Shown here: positions 50,461-61,920 of the stretch, one piece after another
Layout: every line of letters starts with the position of its first letter
Numbering within the stretch: position 1 is the stretch's first letter
Source: Octopus bimaculoides
Lineage: Eukaryota
DNA: 61,920 nt
NCBI RefSeq assembly: GCF_001194135.2
Contig: NC_068991.1
Location: forward strand, 58,952,427 to 59,014,346
Direction: 5' to 3'
Translations under genes and position numbers: made by a program
Notes under the pieces: generated by a model
Told to the model about the DNA's origin: nothing
What the model saw: the letters and a program-made list of their open reading frames with translations, nothing else
Database searches by the model: none

Positions 50461-51135
50461 CAACAACAACAACAACAATAACGAATACATCAGCGTCAAC
50501 AACAACAGCAACAACAACAGCAGCAGCAGCAACAGCAGCAGCAACAGCAGTAACACAGACGGTGAGTACAGCAGTAAAAAATCGATGGCAACATTAAGGT
50601 CGAGAACAACAATGGAAAAGTAACCGGTGCCGTTGTTGTCGATGATGATGATGACGATGATGTTGATGATGGTGGTGATGATGATGATGATGACGATGAG
50701 GATGACGATGAGGATGATGATGATGATGAGGATGACGATGATGATGATGATGATGATGACGATGATGATTATGAAGATGATGATGATGATGATGATGATG
50801 ACGTTGATGATGATGATGATGACGATGACGTTGATATGATGATGATGATGATGAAGATGATGATGATGATGACGTTGATGATGATGATGATGATGATGAT
50901 GAGGATGACGATGATGATGATGACGATGATAATGACGATGATGATCAATGTAATGATAATGATGGAGATGACGATAATGATGACGATGATGATGAAGAGG
51001 CGGAGGAGGAGGAGGTGGAGGAGGAAGAGGTGGAGGAGGAGGAGAAGGACAGTGAGGATGATGATGATGATGAATATAATGATAAGGATGAAGATGACGA
51101 TAATGATGAGGTGGAAGTAGAGGAGGACAGTTATC

Positions 51136-51171
<36 letters not shown>

Positions 51172-51510
51172 GTAGCGATGTTGTTGCCGTCGCTTAAAAC
51201 AAAGGTTGCATTGTGGATCATGGTGATGATGATGATAACAACGTCGACGACGACGACCACGACGACGACCACGACGACTTCCACGACGATGATGATGATG
51301 ATTAGGATGATATTGATGATGACGGTAACGATATTCATGCTGACCGTGGGGTCGATGAAAAACAATGATGTGGATGATAGCGATGACGATAACAATAACA
51401 ATATTTATTAGCTACAATAATGATTATTTGCAGTTGTTGTTGTTGTAGTTGGTGTTGCTGTTGTTGTTGTTGTTGTTGTTGTTGTTGTCGTTGACGATGA
51501 TGTTGTTGTT
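50461..51510. repeat. About 1-kb compound trinucleotide array (CAA/CAG, GAT, GAG, GAC, GTT)
   Basis: Directly visible; explains the poly-M/D/I/Q pseudo-ORFs. Confidence 0.95.
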
Positions 51511-51757
51511 GGCACTGGTTCTGCTCAAATTTCACCATTTGACCAAAACAAACAAAACGGTCTTAAGTTATTAAAAAAAAACAATTTTTTTTTTCATTTT
51601 TCATTCATATTTGTTTATTCACGATAGCAAATATTTAAAACACATTAAAATACATTTAAAGCTAACTGCATTAAGCACTTACGCAGATGCGCACATACAC
51701 ATACACACAGTCAACAAAACACTCGCACACACATCCGTATACATGAATGCGTGTGTT

Positions 51758-51808
<51 letters not shown>

Positions 51809-53034
51809 CGAATTTGCAGAAAACAAAAGACGAAGACAGGTGAGGAAACACCTGGCAGGCGTATTAATTTAACGCTCTTGAAAAATGGAAAAGTCTTTGA
51901 CATTTCGAGCCGACGCTCTTAGACAGGAATGATTGAGAGATGGATAAATGGGGAGAGAACGAAAAAAAAAACGGCAAGAGAAAAAATGTGTAGGAATAAT
52001 GGTTCAACGTAATTTATATATGATGTAAGTAGGGGGAAATCCGAGCTCTGTTCTCTTGAAGCACCTCTGCTTATTCCAGTATTACAATCCAGTATGTAGC
52101 TGTTGTCATTGTTGTATTGATGTGAGATACAGATTAGAGATGAAAATTCTGGAAATATTGTCTGCAGAGTTATTATATAACTAAACAAGAAGTTAGGAAT
52201 TTGTTCGGTATTATTTAATCACCATTACACATGTTTCATGTGTTAATCGGAATTACTATACTTTACATGTTACATAAACATGTAAGAAATATCCTATTAA
52301 CAATTCTCAGATGTTGTCTCTCCTCTCTTTGCTCTCTCTTTCTCTCTATCTCTGTGCATCTGTCTGTGTATCTATCTGCCCATGTGTCTCCCGTTTTTCC
52401 TTCTCTTTCTTTCCACTTCATCTTTCCCATCTTTCTCCTTCTCTTTCTCCCCCTTTCTCTTTATCTCCTCCTTTCTCTTTATCTCCTCCCTCTCTTTCCG
52501 TCTCCCCTCTCTCTCTCTCTCTCTTCAAAACAACTCCTCTAGTCTCATCTCATGTTTATAATCTAAGACATCTTACAAATACTGAGAAAAAAATGTAATG
52601 AATAACTGTCATTATTTATTCTAATTTGCATATCTCTACGTTCATTAGCATCTCCTATTAATTAAGTTACATCCTGAAAAAAGCGTTTTTGTGAATAAGT
52701 TTCAGATATACTTACATGAATGTATTTAACAAACAAATAATTTAGTCTCGCTAAATGTATATTTATTTACTGCATGGATAAAAAATAATTATCGACATAT
52801 ACGATGTCTCCATTCTTTAGTTCATTAACAGTTAATTAAAATGTGTCGCCTCCGATAGGCGAATAATCAAGCCGCATTTTGATAATTTCTGTAAGCTACA
52901 CTGTGTCTTTCTATCGCCCTCTGTCTGTCTCCCTGTCTTCTCTCTTTCCTTCTCTGTTTTTATCCTCTTTTTCTCTTTCTCTCTATCTCACTCTCTCTCT
53001 CTCTCTATATATATATATGTGTGTATATGTATAT

Positions 53035-53085
<51 letters not shown>

Positions 53086-53218
53086 TCCCTATCTCTTTCT
53101 CTATAGAACGGATGGACTAAACGCTCATGATGAGCAGGCGACGAAACTTGCTGAGTTCATTTTTACTTTCCTCTGTAAAGACAGACAGGTTTAACTCTGG
53201 TGTTTAACAGTCACACAC

Positions 53219-53295
<77 letters not shown>

Positions 53296-53794
53296 CATAT
53301 TAGCAATGAGGCAGCTGTGTGGTAAGTTTACTTTCCAAACACATGGCTCTACTGTGAGGCACCTTCGTCAAGTGTCTTGCACTGTAGCCTTGGTGCCCCA
53401 GCATGGCCGCAGTCTAATGATATATACAGGTAAAACGTAAGAGATAAAGGATATAGATAGATAGATAGATACATACATACATACATACATACATACATAC
53501 ATACTACGTACATACAAACAAAAATACCTTTGTTGTTGATGTTGGAATGCATGTTCCAATGAAGGAGCCTTGGATCTAGGTTAGAAACCGGCTCTTTGCC
53601 TATGGCAAGAAATCTTGAAATAAAAGTGAGCAATGACATGCATACATACATCTACGCGCGCGCATGCGCGCGCGTGTGTGTCTTTGACGTCCACGCAACC
53701 CTTTTTTAAGCAGAATTTATAATCAAACTCATGTCAGTTGCTTGCTGCTTGTTTTTTTTTTCTGGGGGGTGGGGGTCTATTCAAATATAATAAA

Positions 53795-53940
53795 GCTGGG
53801 ACTGCACTGAGAACTACGTCAAGCCTACGCGTGTCTTGGGAGTACACAGCCACTTGCACGTTAATTTCAGGAGCAGACTGTTCCGTTGATCGAATCAACT
53901 GGAACACTCGTCGTCGTAATCGACGGAATGCCAGTTTCTT
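53795..53940 (+). mobile_element. Solo SINE tail X
   Basis: GAGAACTACGT...CAGCCACTTGCACGTTAATTTCA.GAGCAG.CTGTTCCGTTGATCG.ATCAACTGG, without a head. Confidence 0.8.
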
Positions 53941-54592
53941 CTTTATACTCTTGGTTCTTCTATTTTTGAAAATCTCTGACGACGTTAATCAATATCGTTT
54001 TTAATTTATTGTCACTTATCTATCTTTGTCTCTTTTAATACCCGCTTAACTAATTATATAACTTGATCCCTGTAGGATTCCCGGAAAATAAGAAACTGGA
54101 ACCTATTTCAATATTCTGAGTCTATTCACGATGCAGATCACGAAAACAGGATCTGCATCAGCAATAACTCGAAATTGCAGACATCCAAGCCTATTGTTAT
54201 TAACAAACTTAATTAATATTCTGTGTAAATACATTCTAACTGAGAAGCTGTGTTTGCTCCACGCCTACCATGGCGTACAGATGGAATCTAGTCATTTATC
54301 TGTCACACAATTAGAATTATCCAATTGGTGTTTTATAATGGTTGGCAGATAATTTCGTTCGTTTTCTTCTATTAGTTTGTTTCAAATTTTTGCAATGTTT
54401 TTTGCCTTTTCTTATATTCGCAGGACAAATATTTTTATCATATAGATTTATGGGTTTGGCGGGGTTTGTAGATCTATTCCTCTAATATTTTAAATGTAAA
54501 TATATCGGGTTGCCAGCTAAAATTGTTCGTTCTTTTCCATTATTATTTGAATTAACACGAAATATATTTCTATCACAGTGTTTCAATGTGTT

Positions 54593-54657
<65 letters not shown>

Positions 54658-54760
54658 GTGTGTGTATGTATATGCATAAGTACATACATTCATACACAGC
54701 TATCTATCTATATGTATATGTACATACATACATACATGCACATACATACACATTCATTCA

Positions 54761-54792
<32 letters not shown>

Positions 54793-54881
54793 CACACACA
54801 CACTCATACATACATACAAGCATTCATACATACACCAACGTAGCTCTTTTTTCTTGTCCTTCACTCCCACCAATTCTAAAG

Positions 54882-54926
54882 TCTGCAAATTACTTTGGTG
54901 GAACGCACCACTTGGACTGGCACCAG
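54882..54926 (+). CDS. Candidate 45-nt symmetric internal exon
   Basis: Long polypyrimidine acceptor CTCTTTTTTCTTGTCCTTCACTCCCACCAATTCTAAAG and strong donor CAG|GTACGT; all three frames open; unique sequence between microsatellites. Confidence 0.35.
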
Positions 54927-55022
54927 GTACGTCCTTGGTTCAGCTTTTTCAAGTTGTTTGTCTTCTTATCTCTCCTTGATACTACGATACTACGATACTA
55001 ACGCGTGCGTGCACACACACAG

Positions 55023-55055
<33 letters not shown>

Positions 55056-55498
55056 TGTACATACATAATTAGAAGACGACGCGTCCATTGATAACACGAT
55101 TCTTAAACAGTGGCGCTGACCTTTTCAAATGGACGAGTCAACTTTGACCTTTAACTAATCATCTGACACATCCGTCTTCTCCCTGACCCCTCTCCCTCAC
55201 ACACATACACATACATACATACATACATACACACATACGCACGCATATCCATAATAGAAAAGCTACCTAGTTTAATGCCGTCATCGTATTCTTGTTAGTT
55301 ACCTATTACTTTGGCGCACCAAATTCTTCTTTTTCTTGTCTTCGTGGATTCTGTGTGTATATATTAACTTCCATATCTGTGTTTGAATGTGTGTGTGTGT
55401 GTGTGTGTGTGTGAGAAGCGAGAGAGAAAAAGAGAAAGCAAGAGAGTGAGACAGATAGAAAACGGTGAAAGAGAGATGGGGAGAAAAGGGAATTAGAG

Positions 55499-55571
<73 letters not shown>

Positions 55572-55649
55572 AATATAAATGAATGTGTGTGTGCGTATGT
55601 GTGTGAGTGTGTGTGTGTGTGTGTGACTTTGTGTCAATGTTTAACCTCC

Positions 55650-55855
55650 CACTCATCACCACCACTTGACAAGCAGGATTAGGGTTTACGTTCCTGTAAC
55701 TTGGTGGTTCGGCAAAAGACGCCGATAGAATAAGTTCCGCGCTTTGAAAAAACAAGTACTGGAGTCGATTCGTTCGACTAAAATTCTTCAAAGGAGTCCT
55801 CCAGCATAGCCGCAGTCTAATGGCAGAAACATGTAAAAGATAAAAGATGAAAGAT
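55650..55855 (+). mobile_element. SINE family A 3' half
   Basis: CACCACTTGACAA...GTTCGGCAAAAGA..CCGATAGAATAAGT...CTCCAGCATAGCCGCAGTCTAATG. Confidence 0.8.
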
Positions 55856-56746
55856 ATTCTAAGTGAGAGTAAAAATTAATATAGCAAGCCTCCATTATTT
55901 TTAGTTTTATCCAACAGTGTATAAGGACTCCTGAAAAATGAATGAGAGCCTAACCTTGTGTAAACAATATTTCGATTATACGTGTGAGCAACGTATTTTT
56001 ACAGGATAGACTCTCAGGGTTCTGGAGTCGACTAATCGCATAGTTTCAATTTTTGTTAAAGCCATACTCAAGATTCGCTTACTCACATCGAGTAGTGATA
56101 CAACTGCTTTGCTGGTGTAAGAATGACCAGGCTATCCGCTACCAATTGTTTCCAGTATCAAGGTACCTGAAGCGATTCCTAACCATGATTATAATTAATT
56201 AAAGTAGAAACTAACCAATTGGGCGACTCGATCTAACTTCCTGGCTGTTACATACAAGGTTTGATTTTTAGAGCGATTATGAAAATATGGTATTTAAACA
56301 TGTTCACAACTTCGTCCAAAATTTGAATGTGTGTGTGTGTGAACATGTGAATATGTGTGTGCGCGCGCAGGCCTATGTGTGTGTAAATAAAGAAATCTAA
56401 ATTGAATTCAGTTATTTACATATACGTAAAGAAACACACAGATACACATGAAGAAAAGACACCTACAAACATTAACATTTTCATACGTATTTTTTCCACA
56501 ACATACACATACACACTATAAAACAGAGAAACAGATACATGCGTATGAAGAATAAAATATAACCACACTCATATAAACGCATACACACATACACACGCAC
56601 ACACTGACATTCGCACATACACACGCACATTTACATACATAGTGTTGGGCATACGCATGCATATAATCACACTCTGAGTCATACATCAATTGTTTGGACC
56701 TTGTAATACAAATGATATATATTCACAAACAATTAAACTCAACCTA

Positions 56747-56777
<31 letters not shown>

Positions 56778-57294
56778 CACATGCACACACAGACAGCCAC
56801 GCACACACAGAGCCACACATGCACAGATATGCACACACAGTCACATATACACATAGAGACGCTCTCACGCATACATCAACTGCTTCAGGTTATAAGTGTG
56901 ATAAAAAGGTGTTTAAATCTTGATATCTCATGCGAGGGAACTGAAGAGGTGACAGATATCTGAGAATTAAAAGACTGTTATCACGTGACAACAGAGCACA
57001 GCTGTTAGGTTGCATATATATTATTTATCCCACACGAGGTCGATCGAGCAGCTGAAATGATAAAGCGTCGAAATACCCAGGGAAGATTTACGTCGTCTTT
57101 CACAGGCTAGAAATAGCAGTCAAATCTCCGTCATATCAAACATTATCGTTTTACTTAAACAAATTCAGTAATATATCCTTAGTTATACTACGTTTGAGTA
57201 AAAATAAAGCGGTAATCCTTATGTAATCTTTCCATAGGCTAGAAATAGTAGACAACTCTTCCTCATATCAAACGTTATGACATTAAGAAATATA

Positions 57295-57517
57295 CAGTAA
57301 TCCCTCACTTTATCGCAGCTCACCTATCGCGGTTTATTATTTAAGCTTACGTCGATTCTTCTGTTGTGTTCTTTTGCATTTATAATAAAATAAATATATA
57401 CAAATTACAAAACTAATACATAAAAATATACCGTACAATACTGTTTTTATTTCACGGATTTTCATCTATCGCGGAAGGTTTTGGAACGTAACACCCGCAA
57501 TAGTCGAGGGATTACTT
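57295..57517. mobile_element. pogo/Tigger-like MITE (223 bp)
   Basis: TIRs CAGTAATCCCTCACTTTATCGC / GCAATAGTCGAGGGATTACTT flanked by TA at 57293-94 and 57518-19. Confidence 0.75.
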
Positions 57518-57549
57518 TATTGACACATTGGATGATGTAACCTTAGATA

Positions 57550-57990
57550 CACTATCTTTTGTCTTGTAGTTTTTTCAGTCATTGGATTGCAGCCATGATG
57601 AGGCACTGCCTTGAAGGGTCACTCGAAAAGATCGACCTCGGTCCTTCTTTGTAAGTATAGTACTTATTCTCTCATTCTTTTTTGCTGAAACGTTAGGTTG
57701 CAGGGACATAAACGAAATAACACCGATTGTCAAGCGTCAGTGAGGGACAAACACAAACACAAAGACACATACACACATACTCACACACGCACGCACACAC
57801 ACAAACACACGTATACATAGATATATACGACGGGCTTCCATACAGTTTTTATCCACAAAAATCGCTTACAAGGCATTGTTCTGCCCGGCGCTATAGTAGA
57901 AGATACTTGCCCAAGATGCCACACGACAAGACTGAAACCGAAATCATGTAATTTCAAAACATATTGCTTATCCACAGAAGTATACTTGCA
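57550..57990 (-). mobile_element. SINE family A, full length, degenerate
   Basis: Tail, internal (CA)n, CGACGGGCTTC, CORE-like GATACTTGCCCAAGATGCCAC and head in family order. Confidence 0.8.
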
Positions 57991-58061
57991 CCTTGTGTAA
58001 ATAAAACTGAAAAGATGATCAGATATCTGATTGATCAGGATGAACCTGAGGTTAAATAATA

Positions 58062-58275
58062 ATTCTTTATACTATAGGCACAAGTCCTAAAATTCTGGAG
58101 GAAGGGACTAGTCGATTACATCGTCCTCAGCGCGTAACTAGTACTAAATTTATCGACCCCGAAAGGATGAAAGGCAAAGTCGACCTCGGTGGAATTTGAA
58201 CTCAGAACATAAAGACAGACGAAATAGCACGAAGTATTTCGCCCGGCGTGCTAACGTTTCTGCCAGCTCGCTGCC
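58062..58275 (-). mobile_element. SINE family B, full length
   Basis: CCCCGAAAGGATGAAAGGCAAAGTCGACCTCGG.GGAATTTGAACTCAGAAC, essentially identical to 41558-41772. Confidence 0.9.
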
Positions 58276-58560
58276 TTACATGATTTAATATATTGGCGTA
58301 AAGATACAATTAGGTTTCATATGTTTGATGACTCTGCAGGAATTAATCTTTATAATATCGCTAAACAGCTTAAAGTATTAAAATTATCAGGACAATAAAA
58401 CACGGAGCGGTGACAGGAAAGAAACTTCAGCATTCTCTCAAAGAACCTATTTCCGTGGGAGAGAAAAACCAAACATTTGGAATAATAAACTATGGCCTGC
58501 ATTGGTGAAGTACAATCAAGAATTAACTACAAACATACCTACGTACACACACACACACAC

Positions 58561-58650
<90 letters not shown>

Positions 58651-58660
58651 ACACAGAGAC

Positions 58661-58770
<110 letters not shown>

Positions 58771-59189
58771 TGATATATATAGAGAGAGATAGATAGATAG
58801 ATAGTATATTTATACGATATTTATATTTATATAATGAAACACAAGTGCATATATGTTTGTGTGTGTGTAGATATATGTATGTGTGCGTGCGTGCATATAT
58901 GTGTGCATGTATGTAATCATGTATGTACGCGTGCGTGTAAGCATGGATGGATGATTAGATGCATGTGTTCGATACAGTGAGATCATATGATGCAGCAATA
59001 CCATCCGTCGGTGCACGAACGGAATATTGTCAACTGATAAAAGAATTTCATTGCCTTTCGACAAGTGTCTTCTACGCAACATGATTTTTCGCGACGTGTA
59101 CTGCAAGTTAAGGTCTCATGAGGTAATTAATTTACGCGCGCGCACACACACACACACACACACGCACACACACACACACATATATCTAC

Positions 59190-59396
59190 GGCGGCAGCTG
59201 GCAGAAACGTTAGCACGCCGGGCGAAATGCTTGGCGGTATTTTGTCTGCCGCTACGTTCTGAGTTCAAATTCCGCCGAGGTCGACTTTGCCTTTCATGCT
59301 TTCGAGGTCGATTAAATAAGTACCAGTTACGCACTGGGGCCGATATAATCGACTTAATCCGTTTTCTATCCTTGTTTGTCCCCTCTGTGTGTAACC
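59190..59396 (+). mobile_element. SINE family B, young-looking copy running into a gap
   Basis: GGCGGCAGCTGGCAGAAACGTTAGCACGCCGGGCGAAATGCTT...GAGTTCAAATTCCGCCGAGGTCGACTTTGCC. Confidence 0.9.
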
Positions 59397-61121
59397 NNNN
59401 NNNNNNNNNNNNNNNNNNNNNNNNNNNNNNNNNNNNNNNNNNNNNNNNNNNNNNNNNNNNNNNNNNNNNNNNNNNNNNNNNNNNNNNNNNNNNNNNNNNN
59501 NNNNNNNNNNNNNNNNNNNNNNNNNNNNNNNNNNNNNNNNNNNNNNNNNNNNNNNNNNNNNNNNNNNNNNNNNNNNNNNNNNNNNNNNNNNNNNNNNNNN
59601 NNNNNNNNNNNNNNNNNNNNNNNNNNNNNNNNNNNNNNNNNNNNNNNNNNNNNNNNNNNNNNNNNNNNNNCTATACCATGAGCCTTATATCTTTATCTCA
59701 TTGAGTTGTAGAAACGCTGGCGGGACACACGGCATGTCTGCGGTATTCTAAATGTTGCCACCATGCTCTCCAGGCGTAGCCACAATCGATGTCTTTCAGG
59801 AAGTGAGAAAAAAATATATTGAGAGAGACGGTGGGGAGTGAGAGGAAGAGAGCGACAAAGAGAGAGAAGAAAATCAATCACACGACTTCTACTATATTTA
59901 TCATTCATTAAGCTATGAAGGACAATGTTAACCTTCGCAAGATTTGAAATCAGCACTGAGTCAAAAGGATTCCCGAAAAGTAAACTAAGCAATACTCCCC
60001 AAAGCTGGAGCAGCTGGTGGTCTTATTGATTCATGTCTACGTCTTCTGTTGTCATTTATTTGTTTTAGTCATTAAGCTTGCTGCAATGCAGGGGCACCGC
60101 CTTCAGCGGGTTTCACCGAACGAAGCGACTCCTAATCATATTTTAAAGCCTTGTGATTTTGTTCTATCGATCTCTTTTGTTGAACTACCAACACCCGTTG
60201 TCAAGCGCTGGTCGGGACAAACACACGCAAGGACACACACATACACACACACACACACATACACACACACACACCAACACACACACACACCAACACACAC
60301 ACACCAACACACACACACACACGATTGCAAACATAAATGCGTGTGTGCGTTCGTGCGTATATATATATGCATAAGAATACTTATGTATGAATATACGCAC
60401 ATACACACATTACATACACGCGCGCGCGCAAACATAAGTGCGTGTGTACGTGCGTATATATATGTATATGGATACGTTTGTTTCAATACACACACACACA
60501 TATATANNNNNNNNNNNNNNNNNNNNNNNNNNNNNNNNNNNNNNNNNNNNNNNNNNNNNNNNNNNNNNNNNNNNNNNNNNNNNNNNNNNNNNNNNNNNNN
60601 NNNNNNNNNNNNNNNNNNNNNNNNNNNNNNNNNNNNNNNNNNNNNNNNNNNNNNNNNNNNNNNNNNNNNNNNNNNNNNNNNNNNNNNNNNNNNNNNNNNN
60701 NNNNNNNNNNNNNNNNNNNNNNNNNNNNNNNNNNNNNNNNNNNNNNNNNNNNNNNNNNNNNNNNNNNNNNNNNNNNNNNNNNNNNNNNNNNNNNNNNNNN
60801 NNNNNNNNNNNNNNNNNNNNNNNNNNNNNNNNNNNNNNNNNNNNNNNNNNNNNNNNNNNNNNNNNNNNNNNNNNNNNNNNNNNNNNNNNNNNNNNNNNNN
60901 NNNNNNNNNNNNNNNNNNNNNNNNNNNNNNNNNNNNNNNNNNNNNNNNNNNNNNNNNNNNNNNNNNNNNNNNNNNNNNNNNNNNNNNNNNNNNNNNNNNN
61001 NNNNNNNNNNNNNNNNNNNNNNNNNNNNNNNNNNNNNNNNNNNNNNNNNNNNNNNNNNNNNNNNNNNNNNNNNNNNNNNNNNNNNNNNNNNNNNNNNNNN
61101 NNNNNNNNNNNNNNNNNNNCT

Positions 61122-61325
61122 GTGCACACGTTTGAATGTGGTGTGTGCCAGAGGGTTTGCAAATCCAATGGGGGTCTTAAAAGACATGTTAGGATCCACA
61201 ATGAGCAGAACTTACTTGCAGGTATTGGTAGTGCAAATCAGAGGTGCAATCTGTGTGGGTGTTTTTTCAAAACACTGTCTGGTTTAAAAAGCCACATCAG
61301 ACGCCATGAAAGGGCTAAGGTGTAG
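61122..61325 (+). CDS. C-terminus with two C2H2 zinc fingers; most likely the 3' end of an RTE-type LINE ORF, alternatively a host ZNF last exon
   Basis: CGVCQRVCKSNGGLKRHVRIH and CNLCGCFFKTLSGLKSHIRRH are both exact C-x2-C-x12-H-x3-H, with a 15-aa non-TGEKP linker. Stop at 61323-25, then a 44-nt UTR bounded by GGTGGT...ACCACC and a (TA)n tail. The 5' part is lost in a gap. Confidence 0.7.
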   Translation: MHTFECGVCQRVCKSNGGLKRHVRIHNEQNLLAGIGSANQRCNLCGCFFKTLSGLKSHIRRHERAKV

Positions 61326-61369
61326 GTGCAGGAGGTGGTCAAACTCTGTTTAAGAAGTAGACAACCACC

Positions 61370-61421
<52 letters not shown>

Positions 61422-61881
61422 GTGTACGAATATACTTATCAGCGTATGTGTATATGTAGGTCTGCGCTTATATGCATACATAAATGCATAAATACGAATG
61501 TTTATTTGTTCAAACAACATACAAATAAGCAACTATGCCAATAACAATAACAATAACTAGAAACACATAAATACACATAAATAAGCTATATGAAGCAACG
61601 GAGAAAATAGCCACACACACACACACACACGCACACACGCACGCACACACACACACACGCACACACACACGCCCGCACACATATAGAAATACATTCACAT
61701 ATAAATGGCTAGAGTGATAACTTAGAAGTGAAGGCGTATCTCAGCTGACAGCAACTGGTGTGATATCTTTCCTGAGAAAGCTGTCCGAAGAAACAGGTAT
61801 GGATCTAGAAAAGTGAAGAGTACTGGTGGTATATAAACATCTGTGTGTGTGCGTGTGTGTCTCTCTCTCTATATATATGTG

Positions 61882-61919
<38 letters not shown>

Positions 61920-61920
61920 C

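Noticed and set aside
50627-51538. Poly-Met, poly-Asp/Glu, poly-Ile and poly-Gln ORFs, including an acidic biomineral-like frame
   Set aside because: These are trinucleotide microsatellite translations on both strands, with stops breaking the acidic frame and no credible acceptor. The ACG|GTGAGT near 50562 lacks a polypyrimidine acceptor upstream.
53120-53155. Hammerhead-like CTCATGATGAGCAGGCGACGAAACTTGCTGAG
   Set aside because: C3 and U16.1 are not conserved, stem II has only about one pair, and there is no PLE context.
54130-54160. 9-bp hairpin ATGCAGATC...GATCTGCAT
   Set aside because: Isolated short stem; too short for a pre-miRNA, and bacterial terminator logic does not apply here.
59693-59992. 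99-aa minus-strand ORF between gap and SINE
   Set aside because: No recognisable motif; it reads through a CT-rich tract, and alternative frames on both strands are equally plausible.

Overview
Eukaryotic, AT-rich, repeat-saturated draft-scaffold DNA with about 23 N gaps. The SINE families and extreme microsatellite density look like an octopus genome; that is inference from recalled repeat sequences, not a search. Nearly all ORFs in the supplied track are artefacts of microsatellites and N runs. The sequence supports: (1) dozens of tRNA-derived SINE copies in about four head/body types that exchange 3' tails; (2) three 3' fragments of CR1/L2-group LINE ORF2; (3) two Penelope-like element (PLE) remnants, one with a near-perfect inverted terminal copy and a hammerhead-like motif; (4) a two-C2H2-finger C-terminus most like an RTE-type LINE 3' end; (5) decayed DD37D (maT) and mariner transposases; (6) five MITEs with visible TIRs and TSDs; (7) a few local duplications. 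No host gene could be named. Several short unique segments have exon-like splice signals on both strands and are listed only as low-confidence candidates. I found no convincing undescribed system. The best leads are the PLE inverted end with its ribozyme-like relic, SINE module shuffling, the zinc-finger LINE end and a phase-compatible minus-strand exon chain.
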